The notes below the pieces were generated by a model that was given only the letters and a program-made list of their open reading frames with translations, was not told the origin of the DNA and did no database searches. Positions 57,196-64,000 of a stretch of DNA of 64,000 nt are shown here, one piece after another. The stretch lies in NCBI RefSeq assembly GCF_009914755.1, contig NC_060928.1; one strand, 5' to 3'. The stretch is from the human T2T-CHM13v2.0 reference genome, Homo sapiens. Every line of letters begins with the position of its first letter. Position 1 is the stretch's first letter. Made by a program: the position numbers and the translations under genes.

Positions 57196-57907
57196 TGAGC
57201 CACCGCATCTGGCTTTTTTTTTTTTTTGAGACGGAGTCTCACTCTGTCTCCCAGGCTGGAGTGCAGTGGCGTGATCTCGGCTCTGCAACTTCCGCTCCCC
57301 AGGTTTAAGCAATTCTCTGCCTCAGCCTCCAGAGTAGCTGGGATTACAGGCGCGTGCCACCATGCCCAGCTAATTTTTTGTATTTTTAGTAGAGATGGGG
57401 TTTCACCATCTTGGCCAGGCTTGTCTTGAACTCCTGACCTCGTGATCCACCCACCTTGGCCTCCCAAAGTGCTGGGATTACAGGTATGAGCCACCGCGCC
57501 TGGCCTTTTTTTTTTTTTTTTTTTAGACAGGTTTTGGCTCTGTCACCCAGGCTGGAGTGCAGTGGCAGGATCTCGGCTCACTACAACCTCTGCCTTCTGG
57601 CTCAAGTGATTCTCCAGCCTCAGCCTCCTGAGTAGCTGGGACTACAGGCGTGCCACACCCGGCTAATGTTCTGTATTTTTAGTAGAGACTGGGTTTCACC
57701 ATGTTGGCCAGGCTGGTCTTGAACTCCTGACCTGAAGTGATCCGCCTGCCTTGGCCTACCAAAGTGTTAGGATTACAGGCGTGAGCCACCGCAACCAGCC
57801 TAAATTGTTTCTTCAGGCAAAAGAAAACTATTTTAAAAATGAAAAAAAATTGTTTCTGAGGGGGATGAAATTTGATGGTACTAAGTCAAAGAAAGTACTA
57901 AGTACTA

Positions 57908-58261
<354 letters not shown>

Positions 58262-59174
58262 TTAAGTATAAACAGCATCCTATCTCAAAATGCTTCTCTT
58301 CCTGGTGGATCCAGAAATAGACACATAAAACCCAAAAGTGAAAGGTACAAATTTCCACTTAACAGCTCCTCGCCCTTTTCCCTCATTAGCTTCGGCTGAA
58401 CTGAGTCAGATAGTCACTAATAACTATGTGTCCCATGTATATTTAGAAGCCACCTTGCAGAGGCATTTGTCTTTGCCTCTGAGTGTAGTTTCAGTAAACC
58501 TTTCAGTTACTGTTTCTTACATATCACAAAAGCCCAGCTTTGTGAAATTGACCACTTTCATTTTTTAAAAATAATGAGTGTTCATGTCTTGAGGGATGAC
58601 AAAAACATTTGGAACTTTTTCTTTATATGTTTTGTGATTAAAAAATACATTTACTAATGATTTTTAGATTATATAGGATAGGATAAACTATAATAAAAGA
58701 AAAATAGTTTCAGCTTTGTGTGTGTGTGTGTGAAATTTGGGGATACTTTGACACATCTCAACATTTTATTGAATCTTATTCTACTGAACCTACATATAAG
58801 TGGTATGATAAAATGGGACAAAAATCATATCCCCATCAGTGTTCTACCACACCTTAAAAGTCAACAATGGGATTAATCATTAAAGGCTTTCTTAGCATAC
58901 AAACACTTTAGCTGTGTTAAGTCACTCTTGATAATTTTACCTATGAATTTAAATTGTTACTACTCATGTCACCACGGTCCCAAAGAAATGGCACATATAA
59001 CAGGTAAGTTTTTATGAAGAAAAAGTTCGCTAGAGACAATGGCCCACTTCTCGATGTACCAAAGGAGGGACCCAGCAGAGCCCTTAGCATAGGAATGAAT
59101 GCTTCACCATCCTTCTCTACCGCTAGTTCTGATCTCAAGAATAAGTGACTTCGAATTAAGAAACAGGTAAAGAG

Positions 59175-64000
<4,826 letters not shown>

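Overview
Human (primate) genomic DNA, not microbial. The window holds the 5' end of LRBA on the minus strand: a CpG-island promoter at ~20.9-22.3 kb, two candidate alternative non-coding first exons, and the first coding exon (CDS 20520-20305, MASEDNRVPSPPPTG...). The following intron runs off the left edge. The remaining ~42 kb is upstream intergenic DNA. It contains a 5'-truncated AK4 processed pseudogene with target-site duplications (TSDs), a solo MER41B LTR, an LTR27/28-family LTR with an internal 15-bp tandem repeat, Tigger/MER DNA transposons, L1/L2/MIR relics, and about 100 Alus (counted by eye, roughly 40% of the window). Almost all ORFs in the supplied track are Alu or GC-content artefacts. 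I see no wholly new biological system. The best leads are: (1) a strong-context uORF present in only one of the two LRBA first exons; (2) a MER41B LTR with an intact GAS site upstream of this immune gene; (3) 63 nt of non-AK4 sequence captured inside the AK4 retrocopy's TSDs; (4) a CpG-rich LTR oriented toward LRBA; (5) a TE-borne CTCF-like site. Repeat family names come from my memory of consensus sequences, and Alu boundaries are approximate.
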